A stretch of DNA of 64,000 nt from positions 44,518,001-44,582,000 of the forward strand of contig NC_087436.1 in the NCBI RefSeq assembly GCF_036321535.1, given 5' to 3'. The notes under the pieces were generated by a model. It ran no database searches. It saw nothing but the letters and a program-made list of their open reading frames with translations, and was not told where the DNA came from. Made by a program: the position numbers and the translations under genes. Of this stretch, positions 23,796 to 37,100 are shown in pieces (positions within the stretch are counted from its first letter, which is position 1; each line of letters begins with the position of its first letter). This DNA comes from Camelus dromedarius. Lineage: Eukaryota.

Positions 23796-25619
23796 GAATG
23801 CACGTTTTCTATCTGTCATTTTATCAGAGGTCTCGAATACATATTCTTTCCAAAATGTACTCATCAGTCAAATATATAGGAAAAGATAGTTTAATTTCTA
23901 TAATTTCTACATGTAATTTATCATATAGGATCTATGTCAAAATCTAATGTATAATTACTAACATGTTGAAATCCTGGTATAAACTCTAAGGAATATTTCT
24001 TTAATTCAATTGGGAGAAAGGAATCTAGTGTTAACTTTAGGTTGCATGAACATCATTTTTTCATATATTAAATACAGGTGGTTCTTGGTATTCTTCTACT
24101 TGAACACTCTTTTTGAAGAATATTGAAATAATTTTCTATTTAGGGTATTCTCTAAGTGTCTTGGAAGAAAGACACCAAGTAAATAGAAAAGAACAAAATA
24201 TTTATTAGAGGGAGAAATTTTAAATAAAATTTGTTCTAGGGGCTCATTTTATAAAACCCGTGTCCATCCCCCATGTCTAGCTACAGAGTTTTGTGTCAGG
24301 TAACCAAAATTAGTAATCTGTTCACATGAACAACCTTTTTAAATGACATACTTTTCTTGTATATGATGAATAGCTCTCCAGTTAGTGCCAATATCAGTCC
24401 TCGATAGTAAGTTGAATGTTTTGATAAACAGTAAGCACCCCCTTCCTTTTTTTTTTTTAATTACTTGCAAGTTCTCAAATTATCCCAGGAAAGAAAGCCC
24501 AGTGACGGAGGAAAACAAATATGTGGAAACCTATCCTCCTCCTTCCAGAGGTGGGATCTGCAGGCATAGCCAGGCACAGTTGGCTGCATAAAAATATTTT
24601 GAAGTTTTTGGTCATTAAATTTATATACATTTCATATTTTATATATAATGTATTTTTGTCTGACTTAAAATATTATTTTCCCTCCAAAATTTCCCAGTTA
24701 ACTTTATGCTTAAGGAGAAGCTTTTAATTAATTAATTAATTTATTTCCTGTGGCCATACTTCATATTTCTAATCCAGGTTGGAAAAAACAGTTGTGAAAA
24801 GATGTTACAAGTATCACAGCTCCCTTCCCCAATGTGGTAAAACCTGTGGCTTTTCCCTTCCAGCTTTGTGAAGCTACTGTTTATTTGCTGTTTCAGTAGA
24901 ATTTCACACATATTTAGTGACTGATAGTAAAGAATTTAGACAGTACTCAGTTCTTTGTCTTATCTTTCCATTACATTAACCAGAACAGCATTTTTTCAGA
25001 TGTTTTTCTCTATACTAGTTGAAATCATAATTACTATATGAACTTGAAGAATCCTTCTGAGATGTGCAAGCAGATAGATAAAAGTTAATTGGCTAATTGT
25101 GTAGACTGCATTATGTGGGACGTTTAAAGTGTCTGTATTGCTAATATTACATCATCACTGTCTTTCCAAGAAAAAGTGATAGAGTTGAAATCTTCTATCT
25201 TTTAATCTCTTTAAACTATAGGTCATATTCTAGTAGATAACATGCCATGAGATTAAATATCAACTCCCAAATAATAAAATATTAGCATAATAACGAATCA
25301 GACTAAAGACACATTTGGAGAAAATTGTCGAACACTTATGAAATGTATAGACTTTAATCTTCAATTTTCTGTTGGCAGTTAAAAAATTGGGCCTATCTGC
25401 TTATGTAGTCTCTGTTATCCTTTTTCAGACATCCCTCCTACTTAACAATAGTTTCTTTCTAAAAGATTCTTCATCAGTATTTTTTGTTTTGCCAGTATCT
25501 TCCCAGTTCCTCCTGAAACTTTTCAGTTGCCTGCTCCTTCTTCAGTATCTCCTTTCACAGTATTTCTTACTCCTGTCTCATTTATGCCAGATCTTCCCTG
25601 AAAAAGGACAGACAATTTT

Positions 25620-25700
25620 TGGGGGTTGAATTCTATAAAATTGCTGATAGTTGACTATCTTTTAACCTACAAAGTGACAATTTCATATAGTTCACTCTAA
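25620..25700. mobile_element. MADE2-like mariner MITE (~80 bp)
   Basis: ggttgaattctataaaattgctgatagttgac...acctacaaagtgacaatttcatatagttcactctaa: degenerate terminal inverted repeats matching MADE2 as recalled. Confidence 0.7.
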
Positions 25701-26329
25701 ACATGATAACTTCATCCTAAGGTATTTCTTTCCTTTAAAGCCAAGTTTTTTCAAACATAGTATTTAGTTTCTAGAAATTAAATACATCGTTATTTTCTAA
25801 TCACTAATCTCTCTGAAGTATCCCGTATCTACTTCGTCTGTATCCCAAAGGCCATCAACATTCCTGAATCGTCAAGTTGAGTTACCTCTTCTGAATTCTC
25901 TTTGCTCTCTACACCTTTTGAACACACTGGCATCAGTTAGGAAACTTGAAATCACTCTGATGCTCTGACATCCTGGCAGTTCTGCCTTTCTGACATCTCT
26001 TCTTTCCTTCGTCCCATGACTCTTCTTCTTGCTTTATTTTAGCTGTGGATCGTCTCCATGTCAGTCTTTGGACCCAGCTTCTTCTAACTTTAATCTTTCT
26101 TTTTGGAAACTTTCACCCAAATAATACCTGTGTATCATTATTTTCCCTTGAAACCTTATTCATTTTATTTCCTGTATTTCTACTAGTTCAGTTCCTTTGT
26201 CGTCCAAGCTCAAATCTTATGCCATTTCTGACTTACTCTTCTGTTTCCCATAGTGAACCAGGTAAAAAGTCCTTTCAGTTGTTTTGTGTGTATTCCTTTG
26301 TATCATTCTAGAGCGGGAGTCTATCATGA

Positions 26330-27060
26330 TATAATTGGTTTATTGTAATAGGTCCCTAAATGATCTTCTCTTTCTCTAAGACAAACCATACCACATGACT
26401 CAAATTTCCCAATTTCTTAATTCTCAAAACTACTTTTACCAGAACACTCTACTGATCAAAAACCTTTCGTTATTCTTCACTATCACTAGTTATCACAAAC
26501 TTCCTAGCTTAACATTTAAGGTCCCTTTGAATCTGATTCTAACTTATATTTTTGTGCATTACTTCTCTATTAGAACCCTCCATTCTGTCCAGGATCATCA
26601 GAGACTTCTTTAATTCATCTGAGACCAACAAACATTTACTGAATATCAATTGCATTGAGAGTCTAGGAATATCTACTGTGAGTCAAATACTGTGGTAGTT
26701 CTGCAGGTGCTACGTACTCTCTACCTCCCCTCACCTTTGGACATTTCTTCCTTCCAACAATGGAATATAATTTAACAGTCTTTGTGACTCATTCATTCAT
26801 CTCACAATTACTGAGTATTTACTACTTCATAAGGTCACTGGAGATACAGTAGGAGAGAAAGACAAATAGAAAGGAAACAAAAACATCCATACATACCATG
26901 AAAAAATATTTTAATGTGATAGGGAGTGACTTCTGGAGGGAAGACAATGATAAGCTGAGCCAGGAAGATTGAGAAGGAACATTTCTGGGAAAATCTAGAG
27001 GAAGGGAATTGCTGGCAGAGGGAATAATGGTGAAGGTCCTGAGGCATGGTAGAGCTTGAA
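26330..27060. mobile_element. Cluster of L2 fragments in both orientations
   Basis: ctctactgatcaaaaacctttc...cttcctagcttaacatttaaggtccc on plus; cattcattcatc...tactgagtatttacta and ggcagagggaataatggtgaaggtcctgagg on minus. Confidence 0.55.
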
Positions 27061-29639
27061 TGTTTATAAAATAAACCAAATTATGAACAACTGAGTTTAA
27101 TTATTCTAGTATTAACAACTAATGATTATCCCTTTATTTCTAGTTACCATGCTCTTTAACTCTCACTGACTGTCATTAAATCCTACTGTTCACTCCAAGC
27201 CAAGACCAAGCTTCATCTATAAAGTCTTTATGGCAGTGTCTTCCATGGTGGACTATCCCTTTAAATCCTTAGCATGTGTTTGACTGCCCATTGTGTACAA
27301 TATAAACCAATTTTTTATTGGTATCTAATACTTGTGCTACTAGCATTTTAATAAGGTGTATATCTTTGCTTTATTAGATTATGAATTCCTTAATTGAAAA
27401 TAATTCTTTATAAAATTTCCAAACACCCAATAGCTCCTCATCAAAGTGTGATTGAACATAAAAGCTGTCTTTTTGGACCTCACTTTCTAGAGCAGAAAAA
27501 ACTGAAAATACATACGGCATACAGGGTTGTATAAAATTTAAGGAGACATACATCGAGGGTAGAGTTCATACCTGAGTCTTGAAGCTTTTGAGCAGTGAAA
27601 CAGATCATGTGGTATTCTGCCAGTCTACAACCGTGGTCAGAAAATACAAGAATGAGATCACCCATTAAGTTCTTCCAAGAAAACAGTTCATATAGGCATG
27701 CTTACCAGTTACGGTAACTACATGGTGAAAAAGAGAGGCTGATGACGGAGATCCCAAGACTGCCCATAAATCCTTGACCCACATTCTGCAGTGGCTTCAG
27801 CCACTTCCAAAATACCCTCAGGGGATGTGTGCACAGAACAGATCAGACAAAATCTCTGAATTTCTGACTGGACTTTGATACCAATTCCTGTGCAATTTCC
27901 AGGCAAACTTTACTGGACCACCTGTGAGTCACAAGATCCCTCTTTAACGCAATACTTCTAAATTCTGGAGCAGAGTATTCCTAAACATTTAAATCCAATA
28001 CATCCCCAGGGCAGGGGTGGAGGTTGGGGGAGAAAGAAATGTGGAATGGAGGAAGGCAGCTACAGGCTCCTTTTATTGCATAAGTCACAGGATAGTATTA
28101 AGAGAGGAAATTATTCATAGAAGAATAAAGGAAGTGAAAGAGAAAACCATGGAGTCACAGAAGATACTAATCACTTGTAATGGCTCAGCTAGGACCCTGC
28201 TCTGCCTTAGGGGTTCTCTTTCATCTCTGACCCCAGGAGAGTTTGTAAACAACCAGTCATGAGGCTGTAGAATAGAATGTGCCATTTCTGATACCATCAT
28301 TGCTCCTTGTATACAGTGTAAATTAACTTCTGCTGCTTAAGAGACTTAGTTGTGCTGCGGGTTTGATCTTGCTGCTTTACCTGCTAGCTGAGGATGTTGG
28401 GCTGATTATCGCACAATGTATCTTGGTGATAATAATCGTATTCCCTTACACCATGATGTAAGCATTGTATGAAAACACCACCTAATATGTAGTGAGTGCT
28501 CAACAAGTTATTTGCTGTTATTATCATTATACCTTTCTCCTTTATGCAAAATATAACGAAGTATTTATTACGGAATTATGTAATTTAATATTTACCTCTC
28601 AAGTACTAAGAACAACAGTTCAAATGCCCTGTTTTAGTAAAGACAATTGCATTTGTTTAGAAGTTGTTTGAATATTTTCTTAAATGACAAAGACCTTTTG
28701 GATTCTTGAAGCATGGATCCAAAGGATTTGATATAATGTCTATCTTCATAATGTGAGAGGAAAAGTTAGCCAACTTTTATTCCCAATTCAGTACTATGGT
28801 ATCATTGATCTTCTGCTACCAGTAGTAAATAGTGAACGGAGCCAGTAATCAAAAGAAATTTTTAAAAAGAGGTGTTCCTGAAATGTAAGTGCCAATGCTG
28901 GCATCCTTGTTATTTCGTTCAGGAAATCCTGGGGGGCGCATTTGAAATATTAGCTAAGGAGGGCTCATTTTGCAGAATAAACACAACTAGAAACACAAAG
29001 CAGCAATTAATTAGGTTTCCCATTTTAAGAATAATAAAAAGGATTGATGATCCTAATACTTTTCTGTGAGGATTTATTTACTTGTCATTCTTGATATCTT
29101 AAATGCAAGTGCCTCTTTAACCTCCTAAGTAATTTCAAACGAGTAAAAGTGTAACAGATAAAACCTGATTTAGGGCTTATGGGTATATTTGAAATAGTTG
29201 ACTTTTAGAGTAAATATTAAATTATTAATGTCTGTCATGCCATTAGTTTCTCTCATTTCTTTGTTCTTAGATTTCTCTCAAATTTCAGTTCTATTTTGTG
29301 TGCGTCTCTTCACCCCTACTCAGAAGAGGGAGGGCTGGTTTTGGACTCAGGTTGTGAGTTGAAGAATAAAGGCACATCACTTTGATCCTGGACATCTAGG
29401 AAAGAAGAAAGAAAATATTTATTTCCCTCAAGGATAAATATTGCTTGCAGCCATTTGTCAAATGTTTCTTGTGAAAATTTTAAGAACTTGTTCAATCTTA
29501 GGGGCAATACACACTCAGTTTCAGTCTTTACACATGTGAACTGCTAAACTTATAGTGTGAGGACCATTCCACAGTATATTTTACTATAGTTTCTAAAAGT
29601 TGTAAGAGATACAGTATATACATATTTTTTAAAAGTAAT

Positions 29640-29830
29640 AATAGTAACTTCTATTGGATACACACTTATCATATTCTCAACTAATGTAAATGCTTTGTTT
29701 GTACTCAGCTTTTAAATTATTACAGTAACTCTATGCAGATACTAAGAAAGATTAACAAAGTTTCCCAAGTTCATTTGGTCAATAAGAACTAGAATCAAAA
29801 TTTGACCCTGGTATTCTCATCTCAGTATAT
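29640..29830 (-). mobile_element. MIR
   Basis: tagtaacttctattggatacacactta...gtttcccaagttcatttggtcaataagaactagaatcaaaatttgaccc. Confidence 0.5.
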
Positions 29831-31326
29831 AGCCAGCTAAGCTCTGACGTTCCAGTCATGTCATAACAATTTTGAAAGAAAATTCATATTGTGTAAGAGA
29901 CACAATCATGTCCATAAGGTAGGCAAAGGAACTTCTGTTTTCTCTTATTAATGTAGATTTAGGAAATAGAGAAGCACAACTAGTAAATGTGGGCATGGAA
30001 CTTAGTGAAATTGCCATCAACTAGTTTCATAAGACATACTATAAGAAGATGAATAGAAAAATTTTAGCTGATCTTGAGAGGGAGGTTATTTTTAATTGAG
30101 ATGCTATTATCTCAGACACGTGTTCGGACAAGGGCTCACTTCCTTTTAGATGGTCAAGTTCATCTGAGAGATTGACAATAATGAAACTGAGATGTTGACA
30201 CTGCACCCATTATTTGTTCCCTCACACAACCTTTTAATTCCCTGCAAAAGCTACACATCTTGCTTCTCCCAGGCTTGAATTTAGTAATTTTTTTTTCCCC
30301 TTCTCTTAAGACTGACTCAGAGTCCTAGCAATGGCACATTCAGATTTGTGTAGTTAGAGAATCTTTAGGCAAGAACTAGTATACGTGAATATCCACATTT
30401 CACATGTATTCAAAAGGCAGTATATCATTTAAGGACACAAATTAAGTGACATTAAACAATAATTTCAGATGACCAGTCCACATTTTAAAAATGAGCCAAA
30501 TTCTTTTCCTGCTAAGTAGAAATTAATTAGAATAAATAAGCTGGTTTCTTAATACCTAATTGTGAATATAATGCATACCATATTCTATCCATGATTTCTA
30601 AAAAGAGCATTATGCCTTTATTAATTGGCATAAAAGAGTTATAAGAAGGAGTAGCTGCAGAAATATAAGAGCCACAGAGATGTGGTGGTCAAGGGAGCAG
30701 AAGGTTGCAAGAAGAAAAGCATGGCTCAAGTTGCCAAGAAAGAGACAAGTCAGATGAGGACACATGCCAAACCTCCCCAGGGCCTATGCTGTGTATACAC
30801 GGCTCTTCTTATCTCTGGATGTCACATAGGCAATTCATCAGGTGTTTGCCGATGCTTGCTATGGCATGCCCTTCTTAAGGGTTATTTTATTTCTTTCTTT
30901 TTTAATTGAAATATAGTTGATTTACAATATTATATTAGTTTCAGGTATACAGCATAGTGATTCAGTATTTTTACAGTTTAAACTCCATGAAAAGTTAATG
31001 ATAATGGCTATAATTCCCTGTTCTATACAGTATATCCTTGTTGCTTATCTATTTTATGCATAGTAGTTTGTATCTCTTAATCCCATAACCCTAACAGGCC
31101 CACTCCCCTTCCTTCTCCCCAGTAGTAACCCCTAGTTTGTTTTCTATGTCTGTGAGTCTCTTTCTGTTTTGCTGTATACATTTGTTTGTATTCTTTTTTA
31201 GATTCCACATACAAGTGATATCGTATCATATCATGTCTGTCTTTGACTTATTTCACTAAACCTAACAGGTCATCCACATTGCTGCAAATGAGAAGATTTC
31301 ATTTTTTATGGCTGAGTAATATTTCA

Positions 31327-31401
31327 TTATATATCTATATCTATATCTATATCTATATCTATCTATCTAGATATCTGAATAGATATCTAGATAGATAGAT
31401 A
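31327..31401. repeat. (TATATC)n/(TATC)n microsatellite with an inverted half
   Basis: Direct reading of 31327-31401. Confidence 0.9.
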
Positions 31402-31751
31402 GGTATCACATATTTTTTGTCCATTTGTCTGTTGATGAACACTTGGGTTACTTCCATATCTTGGCTGTTGTAAATAGTGCAGCTATGAACATTGGGGTGC
31501 ATATATCTTTCTGAATTAGTGTTTTCTTTTCTTTTCTTTTTTTTTTTTTTCCTGAATGTATACACAGGAGTGGAGTTGCTGGGTCATATGGTTTTTTTGA
31601 AGACTCTCCATACTGTTTTCCATAGTGGCTGCACCAACTTACACTCCCACCAATGATGTACAAGTGCTCTTTTTTTGCCACATCCTCACCAACATTTGTT
31701 ATTTGTCTTTTTGCCACATCCTCACCAACGTTTGTCATTTGTAGACTTTTC

Positions 31752-32304
31752 TTTTTTTTTTTTTAACATTTTTTTATTGAGTTACAGTCATTTTACAATG
31801 TTGTGTCAAATTCCAGTGTAGAGCACAATTTTTCAGTTGTATATGAACATACATACATTCATTGTCACATTCTCTTTTGCTGTGAGCCACCACAAGATCC
31901 TGTATATATTTCCCTGTGCTACACAGTACAATCTTGTTTATCTATTTATTTTACATTTTGAAATACCATTTCCTTTCTACCCCCTGTTCCTCTGGCAACC
32001 ACAAGTTTATATTGTATGTCTATGAGTCTGTTTCTGTTTTGTATTTATGTTTTTGGTTTTTTTTTTTTTTAAATTCTGCATATGAGCTATCTCATATGGT
32101 ATTTTTCTTTCTGGCTTATTTCACTTAGAATGACATTTTCCAGTAACATCCATGTTGCTGCAAATGGCATTATGTTGTCCATTTTTATGGCTGAATAATA
32201 TTCCATTGTATAAATATACCACAATTTCTTTATCCAGTCATCTGTCGATGGACATTTAGGCTCTTTCCATGTCTTGGCTATTGTAAATAGTGCCACTATG
32301 AATA
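31752..32304 (-). mobile_element. Younger lineage-specific (camelid-type) L1 3' end nested in the older L1
   Basis: Intact ORF2 C-terminus IFIVALFTIAKTWKEPKCPSTDDWIKKLWYIYTMEYYSAIK...ILSEISQKEK; distinct 3'UTR; TSD tagacttttc 31742-31751 / 32305-32314. Confidence 0.9.
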
Positions 32305-33974
32305 TAGACTTTTCGATAGCCATTCTGACAGGTGTGAGGTGATATCTCATTGGATTGATTTACATTTGATTTGCATTTCCCTGGTAATGTTGAGCGTCTT
32401 TTCATGGGCCTATTAGCCATCTGTGTCTTCTTTGGAAAAATGTCTGTCCAAGTTTTTTGTCCATTTTTTGATTGCATTGTTTGATTTTTGATATTGAGTT
32501 ATATGAGCTGTTTTTATACTTTGTGTATTAACCCCTAATTGGTCATATCATTTGCAAATATTTTCTCCCTATCCCTAGGTTATTGTTTTGTTTTGTTGAT
32601 AGTTTCCTTTGCTGTGCAAAAACTTTTAGTTTTAATTAGGTTCTATTTGTTAATTTTTGCTTTTGTTTCTTTTGACTTAGGAGACTGATCTGAAAAAAAC
32701 TGCTACAATTTATATCAAAGAGTGTTCTGCCTATGTTGTCTTCTAGGAGTTTTATGGTTTTAGGTCTTACATTTAGGTCCTTAATCTATTTTGAGTTTAT
32801 TTTTGTATATGATGTGAGAAAATGTTCTAATCTCATTATTCTACATGTAGCTGTCCAGTTTTCCCAGCACCACTTATGAAAGAGACTGTCTTTTCTCCAT
32901 TGTATATTCTTGCCTCTTTTGTCATAGATTAATTAATCATAAGTGCATGTGTTTATTTCTGGCTCTCTATTTTATTGTATTAATCCATGTGTCTGTTTTT
33001 GTGCCAGTACTGTGCTGTTTTGATTACTGTAGCTTTTAGTATAGCCTAAAGTCTAGAAGGGTGATACCTCCAGCTTTGTTCTTTTTTCCCAATATTTCTT
33101 TGGCAATCTGGGGTCTTTTGTGTTTCTACATGAATTTTAGGCTTATTTGTTCTAGTTCTATGAAAAATGTCATTGATCTTTTGCTAGGGATTGCATTAAG
33201 TCTGTGGATTGCTTTGAATATTACAGTCATTTTGATAATATTAATTCTTTCAACTCCATAGCATGGAATATCTTTTCATTTCTCTGTATCACCTTCTATT
33301 TCCTTCATCAGTGTTTTATAGTTTTCAGAGTATAGGTCTTTGGTAGCATTTATTCCTAGGTATTTTATTCTTTTTGATGTGATTTTAAACAAGATTGTTG
33401 TTTTACTTTCTCTTTCTGATAGTTCATTATTAGTGTATAGGAGAGCAGCAGATTTCTGCATATTAAAATTGTATCCTGCAACTTCCACTTATTAGATGCC
33501 TGGAGACAGAGCCATGTAATGGATGACTTCCAAGTTTCTGTCATATGCAGCTGTGTGGACAAGGTAGGTGCCTTTAGTAGTATGAAGAACTGGAAGAGAA
33601 ACTGCTTGGGCAGGGATTACAGATGGATTGTGGATTCTCAGTGAGATGAAATCAAAGGCAAAATTTTTGATGTTTAATTCCTTCAGGAACTATTCATTCA
33701 ATAAACCCGATTATAGATAAAACCCTGTGGTGGTTGTTGTGGCTGATGAAAAATATGTTCAACGCATGATTATTATTCAACATCTTCCAGTGAAGATTAC
33801 TACAGGGTGTAGTTTTTTGTTGTTGTTGTTGTTATTTGTTTTTTTTTTTTTTGTTATGTTGGACTAATATTTATCTAAGAACCAAGCCCATTTCTGAAAT
33901 ATAGCCTATCCAGGACTCAGTTTTCTCATTTGTAAAATAAAATTATTATACACAAAATGCAGTCAATGTACCAT

Positions 33975-34110
33975 TATAGCATCTGGGTTACTTGGGAACT
34001 TGTTAAAAGTGCAAACTTTCAAGCCCCACCTCAGACTTACTGAATCAGAATCCACATTTTTGCCAGTTCTCCAGATAATTAGTATGCACATTACATTTTG
34101 AGAATTACCA
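33975..34110. mobile_element. MER5A-like hAT-Charlie MITE
   Basis: ttgggaacttgttaaaagtgcaaact...ccccacctcagacttactgaatcagaatc...tatgcacattacattttgagaa. Confidence 0.75.
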
Positions 34111-37100
34111 TGTGAGGTGATCCCCCACATCCCAAACTCTGTATTACAGAGCTGAGTCCCCTCCTTCCCTCATGGGGAGCCTATGTATGGGTTTTGACCA
34201 TCTCTGCCAATATATGTTAGTGGTAGAGGCTGGAGTGTTATTGGTATAATTAACAAATCAACTCTGAAAACCAGTCGGAATGTATGTAGGAGAGCAGGCA
34301 CTATCTAGATAGGGGGAGGAGGTATTATATTTTCTCTCTTATTTGGTTAAAACTTGCTGACAGTAAAAATACATATTCTAGAGTTAATCTTTTAGGACTT
34401 AATTAAGCTTCATGTTTCCACATATCCTCTTTGGGAGAAAAAGTTTTAATCCTTGGTAAATTGGAAATGTAATCAATTTCACAGCTAATAACCCAGCGTA
34501 AGTACTAGGATAATTGGTAAATACTATATTATATAACTAATAATCCACAATCCACAGTAACTAGGTATCACAAAAAATATTATTCTTCATTATTATTTAC
34601 AAGCTTGCAGTGGTGGCAATTATATTTACAAATGAAAGCTGATTCATCTGTGGTTTTTGGTGATAAAACTAAAGATACAGATTAAATAAAGCATTATAAA
34701 GCCTGTGAAATGTTAAAAGTCAAAACCATGTTATTGAATTGATGTTTTCCTTCATTGAAAATTTGTTAAATATTTTTAATAGAATATATGAAATTAATAA
34801 ATATATTTTAATATAGTAATAGAATGGTTTTATTTTTAAGCACATGTAGGTTAAACATATGACCTTTTTACTTTTAATTAGATGTATATTAAGAAACCGA
34901 TAAAAATCCAAATTTAGAAATTATATAATTCATGGAAATTTATTTCCTTTGTAAAAGGATTTTCACATTGTAGAAAGACTAATTTGAGTATTTGGGTTGC
35001 TAAATCTCATCTCCTGCTTTGAAAATATTATTCAATTTAGAGAAATTCAATTTATACAAGTATTTTAAAAACACACGTACTGTGAAAAGTAAAATCCGTA
35101 GGTAGTGTTAAGAATTTTAAATCATTTACATATCTATCTGTTCCTCAACAGGTAGGAAGAAGCTATGTAATTTCTACATGTTTACATTTTTTAAAATTCA
35201 GTCTTAGGCTTTTTCATGGGCATAAGAGTTGCTCACCCAAATAAATGTTAAATTCTTAAAAGTGAAAAGTGTGCTTTTTCCTCCTATTTTTCTTTGAGCA
35301 CATCAGTAGTTGAGATAGAACAGGTTGCAAATAATGACATCGATAAACTATGCTTTAAAGAAATTTTGCCTATTATTATGTTGATTATTTGAAGACATTT
35401 TGATATTCTGGCATTAAAAAGCATTTGAGTAATTTCTCTTTAATCTTAAGGCCCTGTAAAATCTATTTCTGTACTGGCAAGTTTTGTGTACATTATTATA
35501 AAAGGAAAATTTCAAACTTAGCCTTTTATTTTTTGGTCTAGTCCATTCACTCAAAACAGACAAAAACAAAATATTTATAGTTCAACATTGAATCCAAGGG
35601 TTTCTTAGCACAATCTGTGTAAAGTTCTTTCTTTTCTTCTACTTTTTTTTCTTGAAGAAGTGAATGGAGATACCTTAATCAATTTTTACGTGTTTATACA
35701 TGCCTAATACTTCTCTCCTTTATTAATGTACTAATAAGTCCTGTAATCCTTAAAATGGATTGTGGGCTCAAGCTGTCTTTGCTTTCACCTGAACTCTCCT
35801 TGGCAACCACAGAGACAAACTTGTAAGGCTGCAGATAAATTAGGATGCCAAAGAGTACAGTTAATAATTACTTGTTATCATATCAATATGTCTCAGTCTC
35901 TCTTTCATCCTCTCTCTCTCTATTAATACCACACTCTATGCTGGGTCCAATTTTTCTAATTTAAGAGGGGATATACAGCGTTACTTACCTGGATAAATAT
36001 TTAAAAATCTTGATGTCATAGGACATTAAATTAAGTCCTCTTATTTTTATCTCCATCATAGGAAAAATCTCTTGAGTATGTAAGAGGGTAGAAGAAGGAA
36101 TGGGTGTTAGGAGCGGTGCGGTGGAGCCGCTGGGTGCCAAGATCAATAATAAAAGGGGAAACAAATTAGAGTTAAGATTTGGAAATTGAATCTAAAATTT
36201 TAAAGATGGGTGGGATCAATGTAGAGTCAGAAAAGAAAGCCAGTCTCCAACTGAACAGAATTGTTAGATTAGTAACAAACTTTAAGGGGATACATCTTTT
36301 ATTCTATTTTATTTTTAAAATATGCTTGCAAAGTATAAATACTTCTCAAAGATTTCCAAATTGTTTAATACAATGAATTAAATTTAAATTAAAAAATTGT
36401 GTTTTCACTTGCTATAATGTTCTAGGGACTGAGAGTGTTTTGAAACATTTAGCTATCACCAAAAGGGTTAGAAATATTCTTGCTCAGCTTTTTCCTGATA
36501 TAACCTTATAGTTCAGTAGTTAATTTAAAGTAACTATTTATTCTCTTATTCATAAAGGTTTATTTTTTAGTTTGAGATCTAGCAACATTGAATATTTTCC
36601 ATAAGAGTTTATTTTAAAATAAAACATTTGCAATTTGATATAGATTTGAAATTTTTAAGTTTATTTTTCTTTGAATATAGATCTAAATTAACATCAAAAT
36701 ATTATAAACTTGTTAATCCACATTGCAACCATATCCATTATACATAAAATATTTATGACTTTCTATATACAACGTATGTGTGTCTGAGAAAACAAGTATT
36801 TAATTCCAGTATTAGTAAACCGATTTGGGCATAAAGTTTGAACCGTGCCTAAAGGTATTTTATATCTAAAGAAAAATTTGAGAATTTTGGAGCTGGACCA
36901 ACAAAACGAATTCTTGAAAAAGATATTATTACAAAGTAAGTGCACTTACCACAAATATATCTCTAAAAAAAGGAAATAATAAATTATAAAAAGTGCATTT
37001 ACTTGATTTTATATTATTACATTCTGATGCTGAAGGTACATATTTGGGACAATGCCTCAGAATGCTTAATGCTTAAACAGCATGTTACTATAAAAGAAGT

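Larger units (their letters stand above)
30885..33488 (-). mobile_element. 5'-truncated L1 (ORF2 3' half plus 3'UTR), interrupted by a younger L1 at 31752-32304
   Basis: ORF2 peptides VAGYNFNMQKSAALLYTNNELSERE...IKYLGIN..KDLYSENYKTLMKEIE (33276-33488), [31 protein letters not shown]; poly(T) tail at ~30885-30903. Confidence 0.92.

Noticed and set aside
24488..24550. Possible exon (ccag|gaaagaaag...ccagag|gtggga)
   Set aside because: Weak donor, competing upstream AG, and unrecognised peptides in all frames
27480..27950. Segment of balanced composition with two short minus-strand ORFs, considered as a pseudogene or ancient LINE
   Set aside because: Manual translation gave multiple stops and no recognisable motif; a BLASTX or Dfam search is needed
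35984..35994. tacttacctgg resembling the U1 snRNA 5' end
   Set aside because: Similarity stops after ~11 nt; it is simply the complement of a splice donor
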